Positions 10,423 through 23,300 of a DNA stretch of 64,000 bases are shown one piece after another. The translations under genes were made by a program, and so were the position numbers. The notes under the pieces are model-generated. The model was not told the origin of the DNA. It worked only from the letters and a program-made list of their open reading frames with translations, and did not search any database. Source of the DNA: Blasia pusilla (Eukaryota); contig CM114271.1 of the NCBI GenBank assembly GCA_050084515.1, forward strand, positions 35,836,001-35,900,000, given 5' to 3'. The stretch's first letter is position 1. The number at the start of each line of letters is the position of its first letter.

Positions 10423-13400
10423 AGTATCAACCCGTACATAATTCACATCTGAAAACCTTGTAAAGCATTCAAGTAAGCCCACCTCTCAGTTCCTCCACTC
10501 TTATTGTCACTCAACTGTGAAGTACTACGCACCTCCACTATCCTGGTAGAAGCGCAGAAGCAAACTGCTGCTCTGCCTGATCCCTTGCGAACCCCTACCG
10601 CTGCTCTCGTCATTGCCGACAAACAATCAATGAACTACATAGTCCGAAGGCGTATTTTCTCGCTTAGCCAGCGAGGTACTCATCCCCTCCTCTCCTCACA
10701 CGTACGGCCTCCTCACAAGATCTGGATCTCGATGGTCGCGGCGACAAGCAAGACTCAAGCCACGGAGTACACACTGTCCGTCATGGATTCGAATCGGCGT
10801 GCTCAAATTTCTACTCGACGCTTGCAGATCTCCAATCCTTTTCGCCTACTGCCTCTCGAAGAAATCACAATCTGAACGGTGCCATACCTCTGCTCCAGCG
10901 TCCTCTCAACCTCGTGAGACACTCTTGCTTCTCCATAACAACCATGTCAATCTGCGTATGCGTGACTACCTCAGAGCCACCAATCCTTCACCGCTTAAGC
11001 CTTCTACTTCCCAAGTATGCCTTCCCCCACCCACAGTGCGCAGCCCCGGGGATACTTTCCCTTTCTTTTCAACTCTTCACGCTTCACAAAGCTTCAAACC
11101 GGAAGCTTATATTCAAAGTGATACACTCCCCACGGGACGACATTATTATTCACGGAGATAGTCAATCCTTTTCACTCATTTCCGCGAATCGAATACCCGC
11201 GCTTCGCCTCTTCCTTCCTGCGTCTCCGTACCCCGGCTCCAATTTGTCAGCTTCTTGCCGAAATGTTTCAGGACTGTCGGTTGTGGGAATACAGCCCGCA
11301 CCGCACGACCGCGCCCGGCGCCGAGATGCGAAGAACAGACACAAAACGCGGGCGGGCGAGGAGGCGGGCAGGCACCACACTCAACCTCTGGCGCCAGTCA
11401 CCCGATCACGGCCGCACACGCGTGGCTTCGCTGGTTGTGGCGACGCTGTCGTCTTGAGATCCAGCTAGTAATCCAAAACACAATACGTCGAGAATAGCCT
11501 CTGTGTATGAATAGGTATACCATACCTTAAGGATGTTCAATGCGGGTAGGGACAAACGACGCTTTTGAAAAAAAATTGTTCCGAAATGAGTTTCCCATTT
11601 TCTTATCTTTAAGATTTACTGAAGGTATATAAATTCGTGGATAGATATATCCGAGTTTTACTACGAAACTGTGAGTGTACATATCTCTACGAATGAATCA
11701 TCTATTATTTTCTATTCTCTCCGGAGTTTTTATGAATTTCCAACGCATATAAACGAATGGGGCTTTTAGCCTCAGCGATGCTATGATTCGGCACCGTGAA
11801 ATATCCACCTTGTCTCAACAAACGGGCATATTCAAATGACGGGGGTGTTATATTTGGCGAATCACTTCCTCTATTTTTTTCATAATATCATTTGTAGCTG
11901 CGCCTCTTCGACACCTCACTTAGTATGACTTTTTCTGTTTGAATCGGTTGTTGAATTCCCCACTAAAACCCTTAATTATGAACCCGGAGCTTGGAGACAC
12001 GGCCTTGAATGATTCATCTTGTCTTGGCGAGACCGTAGGTGGTAGCGAAACGGTAGCGACAACCCCAGTTACCGAGCCACGCAAGCGGCAAGCTATGTAC
12101 CGCGTCTCCGAAGGCTTGCTTCGAGGTCCCAACATCAGTCCCCCCCAAAAGGTCTTCAAGGCGTCCAACGCCATTGACCGACGCGGGTGAATAAAGCTCA
12201 CGGTCCCGGCCCTGAACTTCGTGGAACTATTAATTATTTATGATTATTATTACGTTTATTTATTATTGTCCTCATTCAGCTAAACTCCTCCTCGCAGCCT
12301 TCCTTCAATCCGACGGCGATAAGTTTGCCCGGTGGGGAACTAACTCATTATGACTCGACGGGAATCGCGCAAGATCCTAAAGATGCTAGCAAGCACGGAC
12401 ACACTGGCTTCGCTCATATGGCTTTCAGATTAGCACCGCTGCCCAGTGCCCACCGCAGCAGCTAAAGGTGAGAGTACGGCAGTGAGTTTCCTCGGTGAGT
12501 GGTGGAGCGCGAACGTGTCCATCGAGGAATGGTGGAACTTTATGAGTTGGTGAGAAGATCCGCCATCTGCCACCTCCCTACGCCTCCCCGCTTACCTTTA
12601 GGTCTATTTGTTGGGTTCCCCAACCTTTTCTCTACATATATTTTATTCCCTTACCTTGGATCCCGAAGTATCTGGATAGAGAGAAGTGATAGGGGTTTAC
12701 CACCTTCTGACCCGACCATGACCGTCTGAGATCGGAATCAACCGCTCCGTGTCTGTATGCAACGTCTTTCGAAGCCATCGTCACAACTGTGTGATAGCGG
12801 GTCACGGGAGACGAAGAAAGAATGAATTCAGAGAGAATCGACCGTTCTCGCGAGGGAGAGGGGGTGGTGAAACGAAATTTACGAAATGAGCGAGACGCTT
12901 CTGGGGATGGAAGAACGGAGTGAATGTGGCGGGCTTAAATTTAGGTCATCTGGTGAAGGGGTGGAAAGAACCGTAAAGACTCGAGATTCACAGCTATGGG
13001 CGTTCGAAGCATCATTATTAGCATTACTGTACTTCTTAGCCCTAGAGGAACTATTTATTATGGCCCTCATGTTATCGGCTGTACTGGTTGTTAGTTTGGC
13101 CACAAGCATAAAAGTAAATCGATGCAAGTGCTTCACCAATAGGAAATGGACGGCTGCAGCGCTTGTTGTTGCTCGCTTTACCAAGGTGGGACGGGCTAAG
13201 ACCTATAAACTCCGTTGCAGGTAGGATTTCTACAATAGGCGATTTTCCTGGAAAAGTAGTTCTTTCTTCCTCCTCTTTTCAATATGTGAGGCTACACTCC
13301 TGAGAAACTTCCGCTTCCATCTCTGTAGGTTGGCAGTCCTACTTTCGTGGGAAACAGCTGCCGTTCAGACACATCCCAGTCGTATGTCATTCTTTCTCTA

Positions 13401-14689
13401 TCCTCGAGCCTAGAACAGAAGTCACAATCTACGATCGGCAACATATTATTGCACGATCATTCTGCCAGCGGCAAAAGTCTTCCCACTTCGTTGCGTTTGC
13501 TCCAAGTTTGTTCTGCTGTGTGGTTGTTTTCTCATGCCCACTTCCGCACGCCTAAATGTAGCTTCTCGATCAACTCGAGAGTGGCTATGTGCAACATCAG
13601 CCCGCATGTGTTCTTCCGTCATTATGCCATACGTACTTTCACAGCTTCTGGCTTAGCCAAAACTTTCCCAGTTCCACGCCATCTTCTTCCAAATTATTAT
13701 TTCCTTACTTTCCGTCTCAAATTGCGCTTGACAGACCAGGAACACAGCAACAGTCCGGAGTGAGACTTTGTTCGGTTCTGTAGAAGTCAGTTCTCATCCA
13801 CATCCAACCCCACCACGTCGTTCGCTTGCCGGCTGTTTTCTTGTCGGTAAATCCTGCTCCTAACTTTTAACCGTAGTTCACTTTGTGTGATTTTCTTTTC
13901 ATCGGTAAGAGCGTAAGTACTTACGTGAAAGTACCACATTTTCCGGAGGTTATCACGTTTCTAAATTCTGTTCCAAAGGTCAGAATAGAGTCTAGATTCC
14001 CATGCTATGCACGCCTAGGGGAAATAGGGTCACTTTATCACTACCCGATCTAAGTCATTTCATCACTATCCCATGCTACAAGAATGCAACAGTATTCTTG
14101 TAGTGATGAAATGATTTAGATGGTTTTTTCTCATAATACACACCAATGATTGGGGAGATCCGCGGTTACGTGTTGTGCTGGCCGGCAGATTTTCCGATTT
14201 TCCGATCTGATTTTGATGTTTCCGGCAGGGTTTCCGGCAGGGTTTACGATGGTTCTGGAAGCTGACCGGATTTCGGGGGGTTCGCCGGAATTTCACTGTT
14301 TACCGGCAGAAATGTACCGGATTCTGACGCCGGACATGAGGGGCTGCCGGTTCTAAGCCGGAAAGAGGTTTCCGGTGGTCGGTTTTTGGGCCCCGTCATA
14401 TTCCGGCAGCCGGAATATTTTGGTAGCCTCTGATTGGCTAGTAGAAGGGACGGTCGGATGATGTCGAGGAGGAGAGGCTACATCAGGACCGTCCCATTTA
14501 CGTTTTACCCCCCCCCCCCTCCGCCGTTTCAGGTCATCATTCTGAGCCGTCCGATCCCGATCGGACGCTCAGCACGGAGGGTCGAGCCTCTTGGGGCCCG
14601 GCCGAGGGGGTGGAGATCCCACGCTGGCCCCTTCGAGCCCTCATTCTTCGATTTTCTTCCTGGCTGATGACTCTTCCTCGCTCGCCGTT

Positions 14690-15050
14690 CGTCGCTCGCT
14701 CTCGGAGACTCGGACGCTGGCTCTCGGTCGCTCTCTTGGACGCTTCGTAGCTCGCTCTCGGACGCTGGATCTCTCGAACGCTGGCTCTCGGAGGCTCTCT
14801 CGGACGCTGGCTCTCGGACACTCTCTCGGACGCTGGCTCTCGGACACTGGCTCTCGGACGCTGACTCTCCGACGTTGGCTCTCGGACGCTCTCTCGGACG
14901 CTTCGTAGCTCGCTCTCGGACGCTGGATCTCTCGGACGCTGGCTCTCTGACGCTCTCTCGGACACTGGCTCTCGGACGCTCTCTTGGACGCTGGCTCTCG
15001 GACGCTCTCTCGGACGCAGGCTCTCAGACGTTCGCTGCTCGGACGCTCGT
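14690..15050 (+). repeat. Minisatellite array of CTCTCGGACG(CTGG) units inside the hAT element
   Basis: More than 20 short units; CTTCGTAGCT recurs at about 14743 and 14901, suggesting a ~158-bp higher-order duplication. Confidence 0.9.
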
Positions 15051-15277
15051 TCCTTGGAGACGCTGCCTGATTTTTTTTCATGTATCGCTCGAGCCTCGGA
15101 CTCGGTCCCTTGACGATCGTTCTTGCGCCGCTTTCGTTTTCGTTGGGACTTTGGGACGCTCAGACGTTGGTTGCTCGCTCAGACCTTCCTTGTATTTTCA
15201 CAATTCTTGTTTTCACCTTGCTTGCTCGGTCGGACGATGCTCGGACCTTGCTTGCTTGCTCGCTCGGACCCTGGTTG

Positions 15278-15413
15278 CTCTGACGTTGGGACTCTGGAGT
15301 CTCGTAGCACTTGATGTTTGATAGCTCTTGGAATTCTCAGTTTCTCTCTGACGTTGGGACTCTGGAGTCTTGTAGCACTTGTTGTTTGATAGCTCTTGGA
15401 ATTATCAGTTTCT
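15278..15413 (+). repeat. Tandem ~68-bp duplication upstream of the hAT transposase
   Basis: ctctgacgttgggactctggagtct...tgtttgatagctcttggaatt.tcagtttctc occurs twice. Confidence 0.85.
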
Positions 15414-15494
15414 CGCCGAGTGCCTGGGAATTTGGGATTCTAAATTTCTTGGAGACATTGGTCTACCTCGGATTCTGGGAGTATCAGATCAGGG

Positions 15495-17715
15495 ATGGCA
15501 AAGAGACAGAAAACTATGACAGCTTTCCTAGGTAAGGAACAGGGAAACAAGGAGTCAGACATTATCCCATTATCTGGCTCTTCTGATGAAAAAGAAGAGC
15601 AAACTCCATCAAGAAGCAGTGGGGCTTTACCTGAGAAAGTTCGTGTTGTATGGAAGGATGTATGGTACTCATTGTATGATTGGATTGAATTTGATTCTGA
15701 CCTTGGTAGAATCTTTTGTAAAGTTTGTAGGAAGGGGAAGGGGAAGAGTGTCTTTGCCAGGGACGGTGCAATTAATTGTAAGGTTTCAGCCTTTAGTGAT
15801 CATGCCAAGTCTAATGAGCATATCAAGCTTGTATGGGCTGCAAATGGGGGTAAGAAGTCCATGGCCAAGGCCATTGCCACAACCAATCGAACCTACGAAG
15901 CCGCTCTGATGACATTGTTTAAATGGGCATACTTCCTTACGAAGGAGGCTATCCCATTTATCAAATTCTCTAGTCTTTGTAAGTTGTTAGTTTCTGTTAA
16001 TGCTCCCATTACCAAAGACCTATACCAAGATGAGAAGAGTTGTAGTGAAATGTCTTATTTCATTAGCCAAGTCTTACTTAGTAGAAGTCTTGCTAAAGTT
16101 CAAGCCTCTCCTTTCTTTGGAATTATGATCGATGAGTCGACTGACATATCCGTAACAGGGCATCTGTTCGTGTTCGCTACTTTCATTGAAGAGGGCCAAG
16201 CAGAATCTTGTTTTCTAGGATTAATTCGTTGCAAATGAAAATGTTCTAATGTTATTACCGAAACTTTGCTGCAACTACTGAAAGATGGAGGATTGGAATT
16301 CTCCAAAATCGTTGCATTTGGTTCTGACGGTGCCTCAACAATGGTAGGTAGCCAAAGAGGGGTAGCCTCTCAATTGAGGCAGAAGGTAAATCCCTACATT
16401 CTTTCAATTCATTGTGTAGCCCATAGAACAAATCTGGCCGCTTTATCAGCTGCCAAAGCTCTTGATTGTAAGTCAATCTCCTTTGAAGTTGACTGGATTC
16501 TCAATGTTGTAGCTAGCTACTTTAGAAGGTCCTTCAAGAGAAAAACAGGCTTGTTATCTTTGCAGGAAAAATTCAATGACTCCCAGCGAGTCATGAAGAG
16601 ATATCACAAGATTCAGTGGTTATCCCGTTGGCAAGCTGTGACCACATTGTGTGATTCTTTAGAATCGGTACTGACGTACTTCCGAGATATATCTTCTTCA
16701 GAGGATGATGGGAATGCTGCGAACTTGTTTAACAAGTTGAGATCATTCCAAATGATCTATCAATTGTAATTTTTTGGCTGACATTCTTTCCAAGCTTGCT
16801 AGTTTGAGTAAGATATTTCAATACCAGTTTGTAGATATTAGCACAATTGGGAGCATTTTCAATTCTGAGGTAGCTAGGATAACCATGAATTTTGTGATGG
16901 AAACTCATGACTTAAATTCTTCGACCTTCTCTGAAGAAACAGGTTACCATATACTTCCTGACTTTGGGCCACCTTGTGGTTATCTTCGTCGTTTACAGTC
17001 TGAGATTAGGGGAAACAAATTTCATAGCATATGTATGTCTCGGGATCGGACAGGAAGTGACTTAGAGGCTGCCTTGTTCTTTCAGAAAAGGTTTGTTGAA
17101 AGTGTGTGTGCAGCTTTACATGATCGATTTCGAGACAACAACCTCGTTGGTGCAATGAAAATCCTTAATCCTTTGCATATGCCATCACGGCAAGTGGGAT
17201 TGAGTAGTTGGGGATGTAAAGATTTAGATGATTTGTGTGGTTTTTTCGGAGCCTAGTTGCCATTGCAAGGTCACTTGCAACCTGCAATCATTAATTCTCC
17301 ACTTATAAAGCAAGAGTTTCAGTCTTTCAAAGTGATGGCCACCATTGAGTGGAAGGATCGCAACTTCGGAGACTTGTGGGCTATGGTGAGTTGGAGTCCC
17401 TCTCTACAATGTAAATTTTCTAATTTGTTGATTTTGGCAGATGTAGCTAGGGTCCATTGTGTTAGTACTGCCATATGTGAGAGAGCATTTTCCATTCAAA
17501 ATATGATCAAGACTAAATCTTGTAACACGTTGACCACCAAGTACTTGGATGCAGTTTTGAGGATTGCCTTGGAAGGACCGTCCTCTGATTATGAAGATAT
17601 ATTGTCTGAGTCTGTGGTCTTGTGGAAGAATTCTGCTCATTTTAGGTACTTGTTTGCAAATCCATATAGATATGTCTTCCCAACTGTGGAAGAGGAAGCT
17701 ACTCATACATCTTAG
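15495..17715 (+). pseudogene. hAT transposase (ZNF862/C17orf113-like), disrupted
   Basis: N-terminal CKVC...H...H zinc finger, IMIDESTDIS (D), FGSDGASTMVG (D), IHCVAHRTNLA (CxxH), WLSR, STAICERAFS (E, dimerisation domain). Broken near 16238, 16769 and 17256. Confidence 0.92.
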
Positions 17716-17773
17716 CCTTTGTGTTTTAGAAAGAAGGAGTAGGACCCTTCTAGAATGCTTGGAGCAATGAGGC

Positions 17774-17940
17774 TCCAAGTATTGTAGAGGGGTAGGATCC
17801 TTGGCTCCCAACTGGTGGGAGAGTAACCAGGTTCAACTCCTGCCAAGGATGAGGATAAAATCCTTTGTAGGGAATAAGGAATTTAAGATCTTTGGCTCCC
17901 AATAGGTGGAAGGCTTGCCAGGTTCAACTCATGGCAAGAA
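17774..17940 (+). other. Two tandem tRNA-like (tRNA-Glu-like) degenerate units
   Basis: Units start TCC at 17774 and 17861. Each has GATC.TTGGCTCCCAA and the B-box CCAGGTTCAACTC. Unit 1 has the T-arm CAGG-TTCAACT-CCTG and ends CAAGGA. Confidence 0.5.
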
Positions 17941-18404
17941 TGATGATGTAGGAAGTTGGAAGTAGGAGTTACTTGAAATGAAACTGAGGGAAAAGGGTTG
18001 GGAAGTTGGGTACTATGGAAGTTGAGTACCAGGGAAACTTGAAGGAAACTTCAAGTTAGTGACAGAAAAAAATCAATTGAAGTTGCTGACAAAGAATCAA
18101 TGGAACCGGAAATGTGGCTAGGCCAAATAAAGTTGGCAGAAATGTGGCTGGGAAAAGAAAAAGTATCAGAAATAGACCGAAAGGAAAAAAAATTCCCGGA
18201 GAAAAAAGGTTCAGAAAAATACCAGCAATTGAAAAAATTTCCGGTCACCGCCAGTAAAGAAAAAAAAACCGGGAAATTTGACATTTCCCGATATTGGACT
18301 GACAAATAAAAAAAAACTTCCCGAACCCTGATACACACCCTCATGCAATACTCTCTAAAGTTGGTAGATACCTTTTAATAATGATGTGCACATTCACTAA
18401 TTGA

Positions 18405-18740
18405 ATTATAAGTTAATTTTAATTAATGAAATAATTTTTTCTTCAAATTCATTTTCCTTTCTTCAAATATCACATGTGAATTAATACGATTATTTTTTAA
18501 AATAATCATATTATTCATTTCAAATTTTAAATATAATTTTTATTTTCTAAAATCTTAGAAGAATAATAAAATTTCACTGTTCTAAGTAATTACCATCCTC
18601 CCTTCAAATTTAAATGACATCCTAATCCTCTAAATATTTTTATCTTTCTTTAAAATTTAAATAAAATCTACTCTTTCTGCATTAAAATCTATTTTCTCTT
18701 TCCAACAAATCAAGACATAAATTCTAAATTTTGGGTTGTT
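18405..18740 (+). repeat. AT-rich dispersed repeat (second copy at about 33740-34070)
   Basis: Shared blocks ttttaattaa.gaaat, aaattcattttcct, aaatatcacatgtgaa and aaattctaaa.tttggg occur in the same order in both copies. Confidence 0.75.
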
Positions 18741-19140
18741 TATCGTAGTTATTCCAAAATAAAATTCTCTATTGGAGTACCATGATCCGTGAGGATAAGT
18801 TTTGAATCTCTTGAGATTCTGCCATCAAATGGCATATGCGTTCTTTTTATGATTATTACTTGACGATATGCTTGTGTTAACTAAGCACGATTAAAAAAAA
18901 AAAAAAAACTGGAATTTTACTTGAAGGGATTTGGAGACTAGAGATGGAATGGACTTTTAAACTCCCAAAATCGTCCGAATTCAACTTGTGTGTACGTCTT
19001 TCTAATTCTAAATAGTCCTTCAAATTAGTTTTCATCTCATAATTTTGACAATTTTGTTTCATAATGGCCTATGCTCTTTTACTTACTAGTGCATAGATAG
19101 ATATAAAATATGCGTGAATATTAGAATAGGTTCATTGGGG

Positions 19141-19300
19141 AGATCCTGGATTAGGAATAATGATAACCAGTTAAAATCTGAAATATCTGTTTCATTTAAA
19201 ATTGGTCATGAAAAACTTGGCAGGAAACGGAAGGTTTTCTTCATATGGATATCTGAAAACCGAGTTTTACAGCACTGGTCCCGTGAAAAAACTCCACTGA
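19141..19300 (+). repeat. Dispersed repeat, inverted copy of about 28560-28725
   Basis: gaaatatctgtttcatttaaaattggtc...caggaaacggaaggtttt...atctgaaaaccg matches the reverse complement of the 28.6-kb copy. Confidence 0.8.
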
Positions 19301-20374
19301 CTCCCGTGAAAAGTAAGCATATATGGACACATAAAATCTATTATTCTGGAAGGACTAAAACCACTCCACTTCCTAATTCTTTTGTTTGGAGTCGAGGAAA
19401 CTTATAGACTGAAAGAAATCCAACTGACCAGTGGCACCTCTGCCCTCAGTCGGGGACGTCTTCCAGATCCGTCCAGACGCACTTCAAATGTCGGAACTTT
19501 GGATAGGACCATCGTCTCGGCCATCTGACTGACGCAGAAACGTCAATATGATGTGGATGGCCAAGAAAGTCTTTGCGTACGGAAAGGATGAATGACATCC
19601 CAAACGAGGCCGGAAGTAACCAAAACGCAAGTTATATTAATATTTAAATAACCTTTATACAATTTTCGAGCTCGTTCTTTCCAAGAAAAATACGCGACGG
19701 GTGCAATAGTTTAGAATCCTTGATGACATGGCCTACACCAATTGGAAATTTAAGGCAGATAACAAATTCAGAAAATTAAAGTAGCACTTTTTTGCATGAT
19801 ACTCCTTAGAATGAGGTCGTATTTTAGGGGGGTGAAAAACGACACGTCAGGCTCAACATGTTTTTAGAATGGGTGATGTTGAAGTGATGATATGGCCTAC
19901 TAAAATTGGACGCGTTAAAATAGATGGAATATCTGTAAGGGCAAGGCATATGACTTATTCGAGCGCTTATATAAGACGACGATGAGAAAATTAGAATAGT
20001 ACTGTTTAGATGAAAGGAGCTATGACAACTTTTCTCTAAAAACGGTGCCATGATCGCATTCGTGGTGGCATAGTGAAATTGCACGTGCAAATAAACTACA
20101 ATACTTATGACAAAAATAATTTAATATCTCTGTTTAAAAAACTTAAATGGCCTTAATTTTTCATTATATCTTCTAGCTTACTTTTATCTGCTTTAAGAAA
20201 TTATGTGGTGGCGTGTTTCAAAATGTGCAAAATATAGTGAAGTAACGAAAGGATAGTGAAATCACGTAAATTAGGATAGCACTTTGACTTTTGAAATGAA
20301 ATCAAATCAATTAAAAGTTTCTCCATGCTTCACCCCTTTATGACAAAACTATTACTATTCATTTTTAAAGTAAA

Positions 20375-23300
20375 CTAGGATTACGGTGCCCGTGCGATGC
20401 ACTAGGCCACAAAATTTGGTATCGCACGAAAGTTGTCATATAAAAATTTCTTTATAAACCACATTGGGTGTGAATTTATTTTTTTTGTGAAGGGAGGTTT
20501 CACTTTCCAACATTATTTTAATAGAACTCCTAGAACTCACTCTTGACAAAGCAACGTAAAGTTGACCATGTGAAAAAACACTGGTCGGAAGATAAAAACC
20601 TACATTACGTAGATTTTGGCCTTGGGATTTATTGATAGTCATAGCAAAAGCCTGCCTAACAAGGAATTGGAATCTTCGTAGATCAAATGGTAAACCACGG
20701 TAAGATGCAATTAAAGGGATACCTGGAATAAAAATTCGGTCCCCGATGTTCTTCCCGATCATGATCTCCGCATCAATAATTGTTCTTGAGAGTCCACGAA
20801 CAACCAATCGAGTTCCATTAGCTTGTCCTTTAGAACCATTCATATTCCGCAAGAGCATGATCGGAGCACCGATTTTCAAGGTAAGACGATTTGGAGGCAG
20901 ACCGGAAGGGAGACATGTATTCAAGAACTCGGTAGGATAAATATGACACATACCTTCATCAGCAATAGAGTCATGACTTAGATATGTGCGTTCCTGAAAG
21001 CAAACATATACATGTACAAATCTTAGTAAGAAGATAGCTTGAAATATTTGCAAATGCGAGTAAAGTTGAAGTAGAAATTTATACATGCTTAGATATTAAC
21101 TCTCTAATGCATCGAGACATGACTTCAACATTAATATCATTGACATGTATATTTCATCGAGTCAAAATTGAAGTATCCCTTAAGAAATCTATGTCATTAA
21201 ACCTATGTGTATGATTTCCATATATTGTGTTAATAAGATCTGTTATCTTATTTGTATCACATACCATATCATATGTTAAGTCAATGATATCTTCCCCTAG
21301 ATGAGAATCATGCGGAATACTGCCTTCTCGCACCTTCAACAACCAATCAGCAAAATTTGTTTGATCATGACGAATAGCACCTTTTAAACATTGCACTCTC
21401 ATATTGGCTTTAAGTTTGAAAACCTTGACATGAGGCCATAAGTAGGATCTCTTTATCGTTGCTTTAACTATTTGCGCCCGTTCACCATGATGAACAATGG
21501 GAAGAACTTGGCAAAAATCACCACCAAAAATACATAGTTAACCACCAGAAATTATATCCCTCAAAGGCAATGAAATAACCCCCATGATGTCTTGAAAATT
21601 TTGATTCATAGCCTCAAAGGTATGTCGATGAGCCATGGGTGCCTCATCCCAAATGATGAGCGATGCCTTCTGGATAACACGTGCCTCCTCACTATTGATA
21701 CTTATCCTACATGTGGAGGTTTCATCAAGGATTAGAGGAATCTTAAAGTGTGAGTGAGTTGTACGACCACCATGCAATAACAATGCAGCAATTCCAGACA
21801 ATGCGACAACCAAAGCTATACCTCCCCTAGATCGTACACTTGAAAGAAGGAGATTGTACAAAAAAGTCTTTCCAGTTCCACCTCGGCCATCAATGAAGAA
21901 TAATTTAAATGTGGGTGAAGCACAATCTTGAGTAGTTTGGATTTCTTGATGTACAATATCCCAAACAATCCTTTGACCATCATTTAATTGAGCCTCTCCA
22001 AGATTGACTTCTTGAAGTAAATTCTCTTGATCGTAAATGTACTCCTCTGCTTCAAAATATGATGGCATATAGATTTCCAAATGGAATATGGGTTGGGGCA
22101 TGTCAGAAAATGTAGATATATGCTTTCCTTGGTCCTGTAAGTGATAATGCACTTCCAATAAAGCAATATTTATGATAGTGGCATTTAATGGCAAATTTGG
22201 AAGTTCACTTTAATTTTTTGCAAAGAAAGGTACAGAAAACATAAGCAAAAAAGTTGAGAAGAGAATAAAAAAAGAGTCCAAAGATTTAAATAGGAGAAGG
22301 TGTAACTAACCTAACGTTGTCTCCACAAAATATCCTCAGTGAGTGGTCCTAAAAATTTTTCCCATAGTGATGTCGGTCGAGCAGGAGTGTTATAGGCTAA
22401 AATGGCAGCAAAGAGTTGACGGAGTGAAGAGCCAACACGAATCTCATAAGCCTCTTGCAAGCAAATGAAAACCTCCCTATCATCTTGTAGAAGCCCTAAT
22501 TGAATAGCAGCTTCTTTAAAGGTCAGATATAGTACTCCATCAATCCTTCTAACATCTTCATAACAGGTTGAACCTCAAACATGATGTAGTAGCAATCTTA
22601 GCCAATGGCCTTCTTCTTCTCCTACATGCGCACAAAGTTAGAAATATGAAGTAGAGTATACATATTCTTGGCTACATCCATAGGACAGAGAGAACGAAGC
22701 AAAAGGATATGATGGTATTTAGCTGGGTGGGTAAGATACAATTGTCCAATAGGTTGGCCGCAACCATTACGCCCACGAACTCGACGTATCCAAATTTTAT
22801 TCCTCCAAGAATAGAAAGAGGGGAATTCAAGATATAAGTATCCTCAAGCCGGAGGATCCAAACGATTAGTTGCAAACCACTATATAAGGGTGGTTTGTGT
22901 GCTTCTTGCGAGAACCTGTGTAGGGGCCTTGTGATCATGATAGTATATCATTTGTGCATCAAGAAGATGCACAACCAATCTCACAATATTTGGCATCTCC
23001 TTGTGGAGAGAAACCTTGAATAGTCTCCAACATGCTTCCGAAGAAGAAACATATCTAAGGAAGTAGTGGAAGAAATGAATTAGATAATGAGGTTAGAAAC
23101 ATGTAGTACCAAAGTGTTCAAACTTGAAAAAGACAACAAAGAGTACATTACCTTGCAACAAGGAATTGAATAGTCTCATCAATCAGCAATTCGTTTCCTT
23201 ATGTATTTGTGTCATTTGAAACCCCAAAGGAAACAACATCGGAACCTTTGTATACATATTTGTAGAAGTATTTCACAACGGAGATACTATTGGTGATCTC

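Larger units (their letters stand above)
14144..18330 (+). mobile_element. Full-length hAT-superfamily DNA transposon (ZNF862-like transposase), now defective
   Basis: 8-bp TSD ATACACAC at 14136-14143 and 18331-18338. Imperfect TIRs CAATGATTGGGGAG and (reverse complement) CAGGGTTCGGGAAG. CCGG-rich subterminal regions and an internal transposase. Confidence 0.88.

Noticed and set aside
10423-10482. ORF-track start for the kinase at 10482
   Set aside because: It is a GTG; in a plant nuclear gene the ATG at 10422 or 10389 is more plausible.
10504-11497. Cluster of 120-184 aa plus-strand ORFs
   Set aside because: They lie in the probable kinase 5' leader/promoter on the opposite strand and show no protein motifs.
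12879-13224. 112-aa hydrophobic ORF and its antisense 101-aa ORF
   Set aside because: No recognisable motif or exon context, so a gene call is not supported.
14690-15050. Repeat array as a CRISPR-like locus
   Set aside because: No unique spacers, no cas genes, and a eukaryotic TE context.
14537-15321. Overlapping 105-148 aa ORFs rich in SER/RPR repeats
   Set aside because: They are by-products of the stop-poor minisatellite inside the hAT element.
17774-17850. Functional tRNA gene
   Set aside because: Acceptor and anticodon stems do not pair properly; kept only as a tRNA-like relic.
14335-18345. Alternative hAT ends defined by CATGAGGG/CCCTCATG
   Set aside because: No flanking duplication, whereas 14144-18330 has a perfect 8-bp TSD.
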